From contig JAPLAV010000047.1 in the NCBI GenBank assembly GCA_026393095.1, positions 1,430 to 65,429 of the forward strand: 64,000 bases of DNA, read 5' to 3'. The notes beneath the pieces are model-generated. The model worked only from the letters and a program-made list of their open reading frames with translations, was not told the origin of the DNA and did no database searches. This document shows positions 46,410-56,445 of the stretch, one piece after another. This stretch comes from Actinomycetota bacterium (GTDB lineage: Bacteria > Actinomycetota > Actinomycetes > S36-B12 > UBA5976). The first letter of the stretch is position 1. Every line of letters starts with the position of its first letter. The position numbers and the translations under genes are program-made.

Positions 46410-48131
46410 ATGACGTTAATTGAAGATCGTCCAACAGTTTCATCTCACGCTCATGCAGCAAAAAAGAACACCATGGGCAGAACCATTGTTAAATGGATGT
46501 CTACGACAGATCACAAAATTATTGGAAATCTTTATTTAATTACCTCATTTATCTTCTTCATGATTGCCGGTTTAATGGCAATGGTTATCAGAGCAGAATT
46601 AGCCAGACCTGGTTTGCAATTTGTCACAAATCAGCAATACAACCAAATGTTTACCATGCACGGAACAATTATGTTGTTCCTGTTTGCAACTCCATTGTTT
46701 GCTGGTTTTGCAAACGCGATCATGCCACTTCAAATTGGTGCACCCGATGTATCTTTTCCCAGACTTAATCTTGTTGCCTACTACATGTTCTTATTTGGTG
46801 GAATAATTGTTGTCTCAGGTTTCTTAACCCCAGATGGTGCCGCAAGTTTTGGTTGGTTTGCTTATGCACCACTTTCTAACGCTGTTCACTCGCCAACTAT
46901 TGGCGCAGATCTTTGGATAATTGGACTAGCCATTAGTGGTTTGGGAACAATTCTTGGCGCAGTTAACTTTGTTACCACAATTTTGACTATGAGAGCTCCT
47001 GGAATGGTGATGTTTAGATTGCCAATTTTTACCTGGACAATCCTTCTAACAAGTGTGTTAGTTTTGATGGCTTTCCCCGTACTTGCCGCATCTTTAGTTG
47101 TGTTGGAAGTAGATAGAACTTTTGGTGCCCAAGTATTTGACGCAGCAAATGGTGGAGCAATTTTATGGCAACACTTGTTTTGGTTCTTTGGCCATCCAGA
47201 GGTTTACATCATTGCCTTGCCATTTTTTGGAATAATTAGCGAAGTAATTCCAGTATTTAGTCGTAAACCAGTTTTTGGTTATAAAGGTTTAGTTTTTGCC
47301 ACCATTTCAATTGCAGGACTCTCAGTTGCAGTTTGGGCACATCACATGTATGTCACAGGAGCTGTGTCATTGCCATTCTTTGCGCTAACCACCATGTTGA
47401 TTGCTGTACCTACCGGAGTTAAATTCTTTAACTGGATTGGCACAATGTGGCGAGGATCAATTTCTTTTGAAACCCCAATGCTTTTTGTTATTGGATTCCT
47501 TATTACTTTCCTTTTGGGTGGATTAACCGGCGTAATGTTAGCAATGCCGCCAATTGATTTTCATGTCTCTGATTCATATTTCGTAGTAGCACATTTTCAT
47601 TACACCGTATTTGGAACTGTAGTTTTTGCAATGTTTGCAGGGTTTTATTTCTGGTGGCCAAAATTCACCGGCAGAATGTTGGATGACTCACTTGGTAAAA
47701 TTCACTTCTGGACAGTGTTCATTGGTTTTCAAGTAACTTTCTTGATTCAACACTGGTTAGGTATCAAAGGAATGCCGAGACGTTATGCCGATTATTTAGC
47801 CAGCGATGGCTTTACATTAGGAAACACAATCTCAAGTATTGGTTCATTCTTACTTGGTGCTTCCACATTGTTCTTCCTGTGGAATATTTACAAAACTTGG
47901 AGAACTGCCCCCTTAGTAAAAGTAAATGATCCATGGGGTTGGGGAATGAGTTTGGAATGGGCGACTTCATGTCCACCACCAAGACATAACTTCACAGAAT
48001 TGCCACGAATTAGATCTGAGCGTCCAGCCTTTGATGCAGCTCATCCTGAACTTGCTGACCTGGATGCACCAGTTAGATTAAATATTTTGGATGATGCCAT
48101 TGGTGGACCAAAGTTAGGGAAAAGAAATTAA
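46410..48131 (+). CDS. ctaD: Cytochrome c oxidase subunit I
   Basis: 573 aa with 12 TM helices and motif WFFGHPEVY. It starts immediately after the ctaC stop. Confidence 0.97.
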   Translation: MTLIEDRPTVSSHAHAAKKNTMGRTIVKWMSTTDHKIIGNLYLITSFIFFMIAGLMAMVIRAELARPGLQFVTNQQYNQMFTMHGTIMLFLFATPLFAGFANAIMPLQIGAPDVSFPRLNLVAYYMFLFGGIIVVSGFLTPDGAASFGWFAYAPLSNAVHSPTIGADLWIIGLAISGLGTILGAVNFVTTILTMRAPGMVMFRLPIFTWTILLTSVLVLMAFPVLAASLVVLEVDRTFGAQVFDAANGGAILWQHLFWFFGHPEVYIIALPFFGIISEVIPVFSRKPVFGYKGLVFATISIAGLSVAVWAHHMYVTGAVSLPFFALTTMLIAVPTGVKFFNWIGTMWRGSISFETPMLFVIGFLITFLLGGLTGVMLAMPPIDFHVSDSYFVVAHFHYTVFGTVVFAMFAGFYFWWPKFTGRMLDDSLGKIHFWTVFIGFQVTFLIQHWLGIKGMPRRYADYLASDGFTLGNTISSIGSFLLGASTLFFLWNIYKTWRTAPLVKVNDPWGWGMSLEWATSCPPPRHNFTELPRIRSERPAFDAAHPELADLDAPVRLNILDDAIGGPKLGKRN

Positions 48132-48539
48132 ATGAAATCTGGTGGATATCTATTTCTTCTAGGTGGTCTTTTCTACATAATCACAGGAACTATTTATTAC
48201 GTGGTAACTAGAGAACCAGTTGGCACAACTGCTTTAATTTTGACAGCAGGACTTGCTGAACTTGTGGCGTTCTTCTTGCTTTTCACTCAAAATAGACTTG
48301 GTTACCAACCAGAAGATAATTCTGAAGCAGAACAAAATGAAGCACCAGCTGATTATGGTTTCTACTCACCTCATTCATGGTGGCCCATGATTGCAGCAGC
48401 TGCTACAGCAGTTATTTTCTTGGGTTTAATTTTTGCAGTGTGGATTTTGTTATTAGGGCTTGGTTTAGTGCTCTTTGCTGTCTGGGGCTGGTTATTTGAA
48501 TATTGGAAGTTTGAAAGAGTAGAACCAATTAGGCATTAA
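48132..48539 (+). CDS. ctaF: Cytochrome c oxidase subunit IV (actinobacterial CtaF)
   Basis: 135 aa with four TM helices. The segment YGFYSPHSWWP…FEYW is typical of actinobacterial subunit IV. It starts directly after the ctaD stop. Confidence 0.8.
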   Translation: MKSGGYLFLLGGLFYIITGTIYYVVTREPVGTTALILTAGLAELVAFFLLFTQNRLGYQPEDNSEAEQNEAPADYGFYSPHSWWPMIAAAATAVIFLGLIFAVWILLLGLGLVLFAVWGWLFEYWKFERVEPIRH

Positions 48540-48540
48540 G

Positions 48541-49845
48541 TTGAAAAAATTTCAGAAGAGAAATGAAAATAATTCCTCTCAAAGTACTAAGTTAAATCGA
48601 ATTTCACCCCTTGCAGATTTCTTCAAGCAAGAATCAGCTTCAGGAAAACTAATTGTTTTAGCCTCTCTTGTGGGATTACTCATTGCCAATAGTCCTTGGG
48701 GTAAAAGCTATTTTCAAATCCTTGAGTCAACATTTTCACTCTCCTTATCAGCATTTAACTTTGAAATGGACTTATTACATTTTGTAAATGATGGACTGAT
48801 GACAATTTTCTTTTTCGTGGTGGGCCTAGAAATAAAAAGAGAATTAGTTGAGGGGCATTTATCAACTCTGAAAAATGCAGCTTTGCCTTTCTTTGCAGCA
48901 ATTGGAGGAATGCTTGTTCCTGCATTGATCTACTTGTCTATTGCTGGAGACTCCTATAGTTCAGGATGGGCTATACCTGTTGCCACAGATATTGCATTGG
49001 CAGTTGGAGTTTTGGGATTAATTGGCAGTAAAAGTATTTCAATTCTGAGACCATTTCTGTTAGGACTTGCAGTAATTGATGACATAGGCGCAATTTTAAT
49101 TATTGCTGTTTTCTTTTCGGTTGGGGTTAATTTCTCCTGGTTATTAGCAGCTGGAGTCTTAGTTTTAATAGTGGTTTTAACTAAATATTTAGATATTAGA
49201 TTCACAACTGTTTACATCTTTTTAGGATTAATTCTTTGGTTGTGTCTTTATAAATCTGGGGTGCATCCGACCATGGCAGGAGTAATTCTTGGCCTGCTTG
49301 CACCAGCTATTCCATTTATTTCTAAAGAATATGTAGACACAGAAGAAACAGAAGAATTAGTGAACCTATCGAGTGTGGATCACGTTGCCAAAACCAAGAA
49401 AATTGCTAAAAACTCTGTTTCGGTAGTGGAATGGCTTTTGCACCAAATACATCCCTGGACAGCCTTTCTAATTGTTCCACTCTTTGCATTTGCAAATTCT
49501 GGAATAGTAATTTCTGCGCAAAGTCTGCAAGAGGCACTAAATTCTCCGCTTGCTTGGGCAATTTTTGCAGGACTAGTCGCTGGAAAACCTTTAGGAATTT
49601 TAGCTTTTAGTTTTGTGGCCATCAAAACAAGTGTGGGAGCGTTATCTGGAACAGTTAAATGGCGAGAGATCTTTGCCACTGGAAGCTCGGCTGGTATTGG
49701 TTTTACCGTTTCAATCTTTATTGCCAAACTTGCTTTTACTGATCCGAATTTGCAAAACCTTGCCATCTTGAGTGTCCTGGTTGCATCGGTATTTAGCGGA
49801 GTTCTTTCCCTGCTCTTATTCAAATTGGGAACTTCGCAAAAATAA
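48541..49845 (+). CDS. nhaA: Na+/H+ antiporter NhaA
   Basis: 434 aa with the NhaA motifs ANSPW and ATDIALAVGVL. The TTG start is 1 nt after the ctaF stop, and there is no in-frame ATG upstream of the conserved N-terminal region. Confidence 0.9.
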   Translation: MKKFQKRNENNSSQSTKLNRISPLADFFKQESASGKLIVLASLVGLLIANSPWGKSYFQILESTFSLSLSAFNFEMDLLHFVNDGLMTIFFFVVGLEIKRELVEGHLSTLKNAALPFFAAIGGMLVPALIYLSIAGDSYSSGWAIPVATDIALAVGVLGLIGSKSISILRPFLLGLAVIDDIGAILIIAVFFSVGVNFSWLLAAGVLVLIVVLTKYLDIRFTTVYIFLGLILWLCLYKSGVHPTMAGVILGLLAPAIPFISKEYVDTEETEELVNLSSVDHVAKTKKIAKNSVSVVEWLLHQIHPWTAFLIVPLFAFANSGIVISAQSLQEALNSPLAWAIFAGLVAGKPLGILAFSFVAIKTSVGALSGTVKWREIFATGSSAGIGFTVSIFIAKLAFTDPNLQNLAILSVLVASVFSGVLSLLLFKLGTSQK

Positions 49846-49958
49846 GTGCCTTTGTGCCCTCACGCACAAACTTCCCTCACGAGGGGTGAAAAAATGTTCA
49901 AAAAATATTGCTAAATCTCTTTCATTTGTTCACAATGTTCGGGTATGAATACCTACTA

Positions 49959-50002
49959 AGCGCTTAAGCCGCGATGGACGCGGCTGCTCTGGGAGGTGCG
50001 CT
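49959..50002 (+). promoter_or_regulatory. GC-rich nested stem-loop enclosing the Shine-Dalgarno of the amino-acid permease gene (candidate cis-regulatory RNA)
   Basis: The outer helix agcgc/gcgct (49959-63 with 49998-50002) encloses a 7-bp hairpin agccgcg-atgga-cgcggct. The SD GGGAGG sits in the unpaired 3' segment, and the ATG lies 3 nt after the outer helix. Confidence 0.3.
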
Positions 50003-50004
50003 AA

Positions 50005-51513
50005 ATGGCTAGAAATTCTGCACAGCATGAAGCTGACGCAAGAAAGTTAGCTGAACTGGGTTACAAGCAACAGTTCGAACGTAAATGGAGTGGGTTCTCA
50101 AACTTCGCTGTTTCGTTTTCAATTATTTCTATTTTGTCTGGATGTTTCACAACATTTAGCCAAGCTTGGAATAACGGTGGACCGGTTGCAATTTCAGTCG
50201 GTTGGCCAATTATTGCTTCATTGATTTTGATCATCGGTTTTTGTATGGCTGAACTTGTTTCTGCCATGCCAACAGCCGGTGGTATTTACTACTGGTCATT
50301 CAAGTTAGGTAAACCAGTTCATGGTTGGCTAACTGGTTGGCTAAACCTTGTTGGTTTGATTGCTGTTATTGCTGGTGTGGATTATGGTTTCGCAACCTTC
50401 TTCACCTTCACTGTCAGCTTGTTCAACCCAGCATGGAGTATTGAAAACCTAGGTCTTGTTTTCATTGTCTTCTTAGTCACTGTTATCACACACGTAATGA
50501 TTAACGTGTTTGGTGCAAAGATTATTCATTGGATGCAAAACGTAAACGTTTACTGGCACGTTGTTGGTGTGGCAGCAATCGTTTTGATTTTGGTATTCAT
50601 CCCAGAACAACATCAATCACTTGAATGGATGTTCACCACCCAAATCAATAACAGCGGTTGGACAAGTTACTGGTTCTACGTGTTGCCACTTGGCTTCTTG
50701 TTGACCCAATACACAATCACTGGTTTTGATGCTTCAGCTCACGTTTCTGAAGAAACCTCAAACGCTTCTATCGCTGCTGCAAAAGGAATTTGGCAATCAA
50801 TTTTCTACGCAGGTATCGGTGGATGGATCTTGTTGCTTTCAATGCTTTATGCAGCAACAAACGTTGAAGAAATTAACAAGAACTTTGGTTTTTCACCAAT
50901 AGTTCTATTAACTTCTTTGCCACAAAACTTCGCGGTAATCGTTTTGGTTATCTCACTTGTAGGTCAATATCTATGCGGTATGTCTTGCGTAACTGCAGCA
51001 TCTCGTATGTTGTTTGCCTTCTCACGTGATGGAGCGGTTCCTGGAAGCAAATGGTTGAAGAAAGTTGACGGAAACAAGAACCCATCAAATGCAGCAGTAG
51101 GTGCAGCACTTGGTGCAGTTGTGTTAACTCTTCCAGCTCTTTATGCACCTGAAGGAACAGTTGTTCCAGTTGCATTCTTCGCTGTTACTTCTGTAACCGT
51201 GATTGGTTTGTTCGTATCATTTGCAATTCCAATTTTCTTGCGTTGGAGAATGGGCGACAAGTTCAAACAAGGTCCATGGAACTTAGGTAACAAATGGAAA
51301 TGGATGGCACCAGTTGCAGTTCTAGAAATTGCAATTATTTCTATCTACTTCATGTTGCCAACAACACCAGCAGGTATGCCAGGTAATGAAAACTTCACCT
51401 GGTTGGCCTTCCAATATTCACCAATTGCGATGTTGATTGTTATCGGCGGAGCAATGATTTGGTGGTATGCAGGTGCACGCAAATGGTTTAAGGGTCCTAA
51501 GTCAGACCTCTAA
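50005..51513 (+). CDS. Amino acid/polyamine/organocation (APC) superfamily permease
   Basis: 502 aa with about 12 TM helices. The N-terminal pattern LGYKQQFERKWSGFSNFAVSFSIIS is typical of APC permeases. Confidence 0.85.
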   Translation: MARNSAQHEADARKLAELGYKQQFERKWSGFSNFAVSFSIISILSGCFTTFSQAWNNGGPVAISVGWPIIASLILIIGFCMAELVSAMPTAGGIYYWSFKLGKPVHGWLTGWLNLVGLIAVIAGVDYGFATFFTFTVSLFNPAWSIENLGLVFIVFLVTVITHVMINVFGAKIIHWMQNVNVYWHVVGVAAIVLILVFIPEQHQSLEWMFTTQINNSGWTSYWFYVLPLGFLLTQYTITGFDASAHVSEETSNASIAAAKGIWQSIFYAGIGGWILLLSMLYAATNVEEINKNFGFSPIVLLTSLPQNFAVIVLVISLVGQYLCGMSCVTAASRMLFAFSRDGAVPGSKWLKKVDGNKNPSNAAVGAALGAVVLTLPALYAPEGTVVPVAFFAVTSVTVIGLFVSFAIPIFLRWRMGDKFKQGPWNLGNKWKWMAPVAVLEIAIISIYFMLPTTPAGMPGNENFTWLAFQYSPIAMLIVIGGAMIWWYAGARKWFKGPKSDL

Positions 51514-51528
51514 ATCATTAAAAACTAT

Positions 51529-51573
51529 TAATGGGTTTGCTCTAGTTTTTCTAGAGCAAACCCATTAGTTTTA
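51529..51573 (+). terminator. Intrinsic terminator after the APC permease gene
   Basis: A perfect 17-bp stem (taatgggtttgctctag / ctagagcaaacccatta) with loop ttttt, followed by GTTTTA. Confidence 0.8.
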
Positions 51574-51597
51574 GGTTTAACTAACAAAGGATTAAGT

Positions 51598-52362
51598 ATG
51601 GGTCGCGTTCAAGATAAGGCTTGTTTAGTAACAGGAGCAGGATCTGGAATTGGCAAAGCAACTGCTCTTCGATTAGCTGAAGAAGGCGGCAAAGTAGTTG
51701 TTTCAGATATTAACTTTGAAAGTGCTCAAAAAGTAGCAGATGAAATCAAAAAATCAGGGGGAGTTGCTATTGCCCATAAGACTGATGTTTCAGATTTTAA
51801 GCAATGTGAAGATTTAATTGAAATATGTGTAAAAGAATTTGGCACAGTACACGTTGTAGTAAATAGTGCCGGGGTAAATATTCCGGGAGTTTTTCATGAA
51901 GTATCTAACGAGATAATTGATAAAACCTTAAACGTAAACCTCAAAGGTTCAATGTATACCTGTAGAGCTGCTATTCCTCATATGTTGAAACATAAGAATG
52001 GATCATTAGTAAATATTTCAAGTGTGAATGGAATTGTTTCTGAACCATTCTTAACTATTTATTCCGCCTCTAAAGGTGGAGTTGTGATGTTAACAAAAGG
52101 AATTGCACTTGATTATGCAAAATTAGGCATTAGATGCAATGCCATATGTCCTGGTTGGGTTGATACTCCAATTAATTACGCACACGCAGAAATGATGGGT
52201 GGACTAGACAAGATTTATAAAGAAATCGGAAATTTCCAACCGATTGGTAGACCTGGAGAACCTATTGAAATTGCTCACCTTGCTTTATTTTTAGCAAGTG
52301 ATGAAGCATCATTTATGACAGGCTCAATTGTCTCTGCCGATGGTGGAATGACCGCTCAGTAG
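51598..52362 (+). CDS. Short-chain dehydrogenase/reductase (SDR) family oxidoreductase
   Basis: 254 aa. Cofactor motif TGAGSGIGKA and catalytic YSASKGG. Confidence 0.85.
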   Translation: MGRVQDKACLVTGAGSGIGKATALRLAEEGGKVVVSDINFESAQKVADEIKKSGGVAIAHKTDVSDFKQCEDLIEICVKEFGTVHVVVNSAGVNIPGVFHEVSNEIIDKTLNVNLKGSMYTCRAAIPHMLKHKNGSLVNISSVNGIVSEPFLTIYSASKGGVVMLTKGIALDYAKLGIRCNAICPGWVDTPINYAHAEMMGGLDKIYKEIGNFQPIGRPGEPIEIAHLALFLASDEASFMTGSIVSADGGMTAQ

Positions 52363-52372
52363 ACTTAACAAC

Positions 52373-53752
52373 ATGTCAACACCTTCACCTGGATATGCAG
52401 TAACAATTCGTGTTGAACTTTCTGCAACAGCAGATTCCACTGGGGGATTAACTGCAGCAGTTTCAAATGCTGGTGCTTCCTTAACTGCTTTAGACGTTGT
52501 TGAATCAACTCATAACTCAATCGTTGTAGACGTAACTTGTAATGCCACTGATGAAGATCATGCCAAGAAAATCACTGACAGTATTTCAAAACTTGAAGGT
52601 GCCACAGTTAAGAAGGTTTCTGATAGAACTTTCTTGATTCATTTAGGTGGCAAACTAGAAGTTCATTCCAAAGTGCCATTAAAGACTCGTGATGATCTTT
52701 CCCGTGCCTACACTCCAGGAGTAGCAAGAATTTCTCAAGCAATCGCAGATGACCCTGCAAACTTAAGACGACTAACTATTAAAAGAAATACCGTGGCAGT
52801 AGTCACAGATGGCTCAGCTGTCCTTGGTTTAGGAAATCTGGGTGCTGCAGCAGCATTGCCTGTGATGGAAGGAAAAGCTGCTTTATTTAAAAGATTTGCC
52901 GATATTGATGCCTGGCCAGTTTGTATTGACTCTCAAGACGTAGATGAAATTGTTCGAACTGTGCAATTGATTGCCCCGGTTTACGGAGGAATCAATTTGG
53001 AAGATATTTCTGCTCCAAGATGCTTTGAGGTAGAAGCTCGGTTAAGAGAATTATTAGATATTCCGGTATTTCATGACGATCAACATGGCACAGCCATCGT
53101 GGTGCTCGCGGCCTTAACAAATGCCTTGAGAGTTGTTGGTAAAAAGATTGATTCCATAAAGGTTGTTATGACCGGAGCTGGAGCTGCTGGAACTGCGATT
53201 GCCAGGTTATTAATTAGAAGTGGATTGAAAGACTTAATCGTTTTTAACCATTCAGGGGCGATCCACAAAGGATCCTCAGAAGCAATTGACTCTCAATGGT
53301 TAGTTGAAAACACCAATAAGAATAATTTCGACGGCACAATTGGCCAGGGGCTTGTGGGAGCAGATGTTTTCATAGGCGTAAGTGCTCCAGATATTTTGAC
53401 TGAAGCAGATATTAAGCAAATGGCACCTAAATCAATTGTCTTTGCCTTAGCGAATCCAAATCCAGAAATAGATCCATTAATTGCCAGAAAATATGCAGCA
53501 GTGGTGGCAACAGGGCGAAGTGATTACCCAAATCAAATAAATAACGTCTTGGCATTTCCAGGAATCTTTAGAGGGCTTCTGGATGCTCAAGCCAAGAATG
53601 TCACTGATGAAGTTTTAGTAGCAGCAGCTAAAGCAATTGCTGAACGAGTTAGCAGTGATCAATTAAATGCTTCTTTTATTGTGCCAAGTGTGTTTGATCC
53701 AGCAGTTGCACCTGCTGTTGCTCAAGCTGTGCGTGCAACTTTGGGTAAATAA
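52373..53752 (+). CDS. NAD(P)-dependent malic enzyme with N-terminal ACT-like domain
   Basis: 459 aa. Malic enzyme motif TDGSAVLGLGNLG and NAD-binding GAGAAGTAIA. Confidence 0.9.
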   Translation: MSTPSPGYAVTIRVELSATADSTGGLTAAVSNAGASLTALDVVESTHNSIVVDVTCNATDEDHAKKITDSISKLEGATVKKVSDRTFLIHLGGKLEVHSKVPLKTRDDLSRAYTPGVARISQAIADDPANLRRLTIKRNTVAVVTDGSAVLGLGNLGAAAALPVMEGKAALFKRFADIDAWPVCIDSQDVDEIVRTVQLIAPVYGGINLEDISAPRCFEVEARLRELLDIPVFHDDQHGTAIVVLAALTNALRVVGKKIDSIKVVMTGAGAAGTAIARLLIRSGLKDLIVFNHSGAIHKGSSEAIDSQWLVENTNKNNFDGTIGQGLVGADVFIGVSAPDILTEADIKQMAPKSIVFALANPNPEIDPLIARKYAAVVATGRSDYPNQINNVLAFPGIFRGLLDAQAKNVTDEVLVAAAKAIAERVSSDQLNASFIVPSVFDPAVAPAVAQAVRATLGK

Positions 53753-53757
53753 AGGGC

Positions 53758-55092
53758 TTAAACCACAGTAGGTTGTGGATTTCCAGATTCTGTGATGGCT
53801 TGTCTGATATTTACTCTTAGTAACAACAATCCACCCACAATAAAGAAAGCGATAATTAACAACACACTTTGTCGATAAGAACCTGTTAATCCAAACGCCA
53901 CACCAAAAGCAAATGTTCCTAACCAACTGGTACCACGTTCACTAATTTCATAAAACGAAAAGAATTGTGCTTCACGTGATCGAGGAATTACTTGGGAATA
54001 TAAAGATCTAGATAAAGCTTGGCTTCCACCCAAAACAAAACCAATTCCTGCTGCAATTACTAGATAAGGATTTTGTTGACCCGCTGGAAGTGCGTAAGTA
54101 ATAATTACCATTACAGTCCAGATAACAAGAGTTAACAAGATAACTTTTTTAGCACCAATAGAATTTGACAATCTTCCTAAGAGGAGTGCTCCAATTAGGG
54201 CAGTAATCTGCACAATTAATATCGCAAATACTAACGAAATTTCAGTTAACTTTAATTCCAAAATTGCATAAGTTCCTGAAATTGCAATTACAGTTTGAAT
54301 TCCATCGTTATAAAATAAATAAGCAATTAAAAACTTTAATGTTTCAGGATATTTGCGTACATCTTTTAATGTTACTTTTAGTTCTTTAAATCCTACGGTT
54401 AAGGCTTGTGATCCAACTGCACCTACAGGTCTATTTAAAGTTCTTAAGCCCCTAACTGTGATGATAGTGAAAATTGCCCACCAAACTCCAGCAGACATTA
54501 AGGAGATTCGAATAGCTTCACCTTGAGTTACCCCAAAAGATTCATAACCTGCGTACAAAACAAGATTAAGTAGAAGTAGTAATCCACCACCGGCATAACC
54601 AAAAGCCCAACCACGCGATGAAACTGTGTCTCGTTTATCAGGTGCTGCTAAATCCTGTAAATAAGAATTTGCCACAACTAGAGCTGCACCAAAAGAAATG
54701 TTGGCAACGATTAAAAGAAAAGCACCTAATGCATATCGGCCATCTTTCACAAAATATAAAAACATTGTGGAAATAGATCCAATGTAGGCAAATACTGCCA
54801 ACAATCCATTTCTACTTTTAATTCGATCTGCAATTCCACCAACGATTGGTAAAAGAAAAACTTGCGCAAATACAGAAAAAGAAACTGCATAAGGATAAAG
54901 AGATCCAGGGCGCATATCTAATCCCCAAAGTGAAATCATTCCTGAAGCATCAGCTCCACTTTCAGCAACAGAAGTTAAATAAGGTCCAATAAATAGACTG
55001 ATAACAGTGGTGGAAAAAGCAGAGTTTGCCCAGTCATATAAATACCAACTGCGGCGAACGCCTTTCTTTGTAAGAAAGCCGTCTGTGGTCAA
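53758..55092 (-). CDS. MFS transporter (UMF1/Atg22-like family)
   Basis: 444 aa with a TTG start. The N-terminal WYLYDWANSAF motif is typical of the UMF1 family. About 12 TM helices. Confidence 0.75.
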   Translation of the reverse strand: MTTDGFLTKKGVRRSWYLYDWANSAFSTTVISLFIGPYLTSVAESGADASGMISLWGLDMRPGSLYPYAVSFSVFAQVFLLPIVGGIADRIKSRNGLLAVFAYIGSISTMFLYFVKDGRYALGAFLLIVANISFGAALVVANSYLQDLAAPDKRDTVSSRGWAFGYAGGGLLLLLNLVLYAGYESFGVTQGEAIRISLMSAGVWWAIFTIITVRGLRTLNRPVGAVGSQALTVGFKELKVTLKDVRKYPETLKFLIAYLFYNDGIQTVIAISGTYAILELKLTEISLVFAILIVQITALIGALLLGRLSNSIGAKKVILLTLVIWTVMVIITYALPAGQQNPYLVIAAGIGFVLGGSQALSRSLYSQVIPRSREAQFFSFYEISERGTSWLGTFAFGVAFGLTGSYRQSVLLIIAFFIVGGLLLLRVNIRQAITESGNPQPTVV

Positions 55093-55101
55093 AATACTTC
55101 C

Positions 55102-56445
55102 TTATCTGACATAGGTTCTAGCATTTTCGCTGAAGCCTGTGAAAGATTTAGCATCGGTTTTTCCAGGGATCTTTTCCACTTTAATGGTTCCATCAGCATT
55201 TACCTGCACGGCCAACAAACCAACGACTTTATTTGAACCACTCAGGGTGTAACCCTTTTTAGGTTTATTTGGATTATGCGCAGATCCATCTGAGTTCTTA
55301 ATCTCAAATTCAACCAACGAAATAACTGCGGGGGTTGAAGCAGATGAGGTTAGCGTTTTTGGATCAACGTTGCCAACACTCATGAATTGGCATGGGCAGC
55401 CTTCCCAATCTCCAATGCTGTAAATAAATGATTTGTTGTCAACTGCGTCTGGAGCAATCGCTAAATGGGTATCCCAGTAGCCTCGTGCAACTTTGCCATG
55501 ATTGTCATAGCTTGCTGTTTGATCACCTTTACCTCTATAACCATTTGAATCTTTTTCAAACCAGTTACCTTGAGCTGTTCCTTCTTGATCCCAATCAATT
55601 TTGCCATCAAATGGCGCGGTTGCTTTTAGGGATATTGCTTCTAATTTACTTTTCTCGGCAGCTGGAAAATAGTCAAAAGGATTTGCGGTGTAGCTTTTCC
55701 AGGATTCTGCTTGTGAGTATGAATCAGGATTTGCAAATACAAGTTTTACATTCTGATCAAAAGTTGAAAAATCATATCCAGGAGAAACAGAATCATCTGC
55801 AACAGTTTGTCCTGCTTTTACCGCAGCACCCATTGCGATACCTTCACCCAATTTTCCAATGTGAATAAATACTGAATAAAGATCGCAAGAATGTTCAATT
55901 ATGACTCTGTGGTCAGGGTATGGATAATTATTTGTTTTTTGGAAATCCTCAAGACCAACAATTTTGCCATCAGCTGGACTTGTAACTAGGTATGAACCAT
56001 CTGCTACTGGGGTTTGAGAGTTCTCAGGATAGTAAACATAAATGTGATCAATAGGTGTGATGTGTGTACCGAGCATGCCACCCATTGGATAAATGTGTGA
56101 CATTTTTGATACATCACCAATGCCTGCTGTGTATTTATTTACTTTTGAGTCGGCATCACATTGTCCGCCAGAAAAAATTTGCGAAATTGTGCCACCACCC
56201 ATTGGTTTTTCGCCACCTTCTGGTCGCCAAACTAATTTTCCATCACCCATAACTTGGCAAAGTAATTCGTTACCATCTTCGCCTTGTCCACGATCACCTT
56301 CTTTTTCACAAAGAAAACCTTCAGTTACACCACCTGCACTGTTTTGTCCCTGTCCTTGTTGTCCGCCTTGGTCGTCTTTTGGTCCACCACCACAAGCTGT
56401 TAGCAATAAAGAGAGAATTGCGATTGGCAAAATTAGTTTTATCAC
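55102..56445 (-). CDS. Secreted lipoprotein of unknown function with possible degenerate LytM/M23-like domain
   Basis: 447 aa with a GTG start 7 nt after GAGGAG. Lipobox LLLTAC followed by the Gly/Gln-rich linker GGGPKDDQGGQQGQGQ. The segment ADGKIVGL…HRVIIEHSCDLYSVFIHIGKL…VKAGQTVA resembles an M23 barrel but has no HxH motif. Confidence 0.6.
   Translation of the reverse strand: MIKLILPIAILSLLLTACGGGPKDDQGGQQGQGQNSAGGVTEGFLCEKEGDRGQGEDGNELLCQVMGDGKLVWRPEGGEKPMGGGTISQIFSGGQCDADSKVNKYTAGIGDVSKMSHIYPMGGMLGTHITPIDHIYVYYPENSQTPVADGSYLVTSPADGKIVGLEDFQKTNNYPYPDHRVIIEHSCDLYSVFIHIGKLGEGIAMGAAVKAGQTVADDSVSPGYDFSTFDQNVKLVFANPDSYSQAESWKSYTANPFDYFPAAEKSKLEAISLKATAPFDGKIDWDQEGTAQGNWFEKDSNGYRGKGDQTASYDNHGKVARGYWDTHLAIAPDAVDNKSFIYSIGDWEGCPCQFMSVGNVDPKTLTSSASTPAVISLVEFEIKNSDGSAHNPNKPKKGYTLSGSNKVVGLLAVQVNADGTIKVEKIPGKTDAKSFTGFSENARTYVR

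Noticed and set aside
48540-48541. An nhaA-I type (Li+/Na+) riboswitch in front of nhaA.
   Set aside because: nhaA starts 1 nt after ctaF, so there is no leader in which an RNA element could reside.
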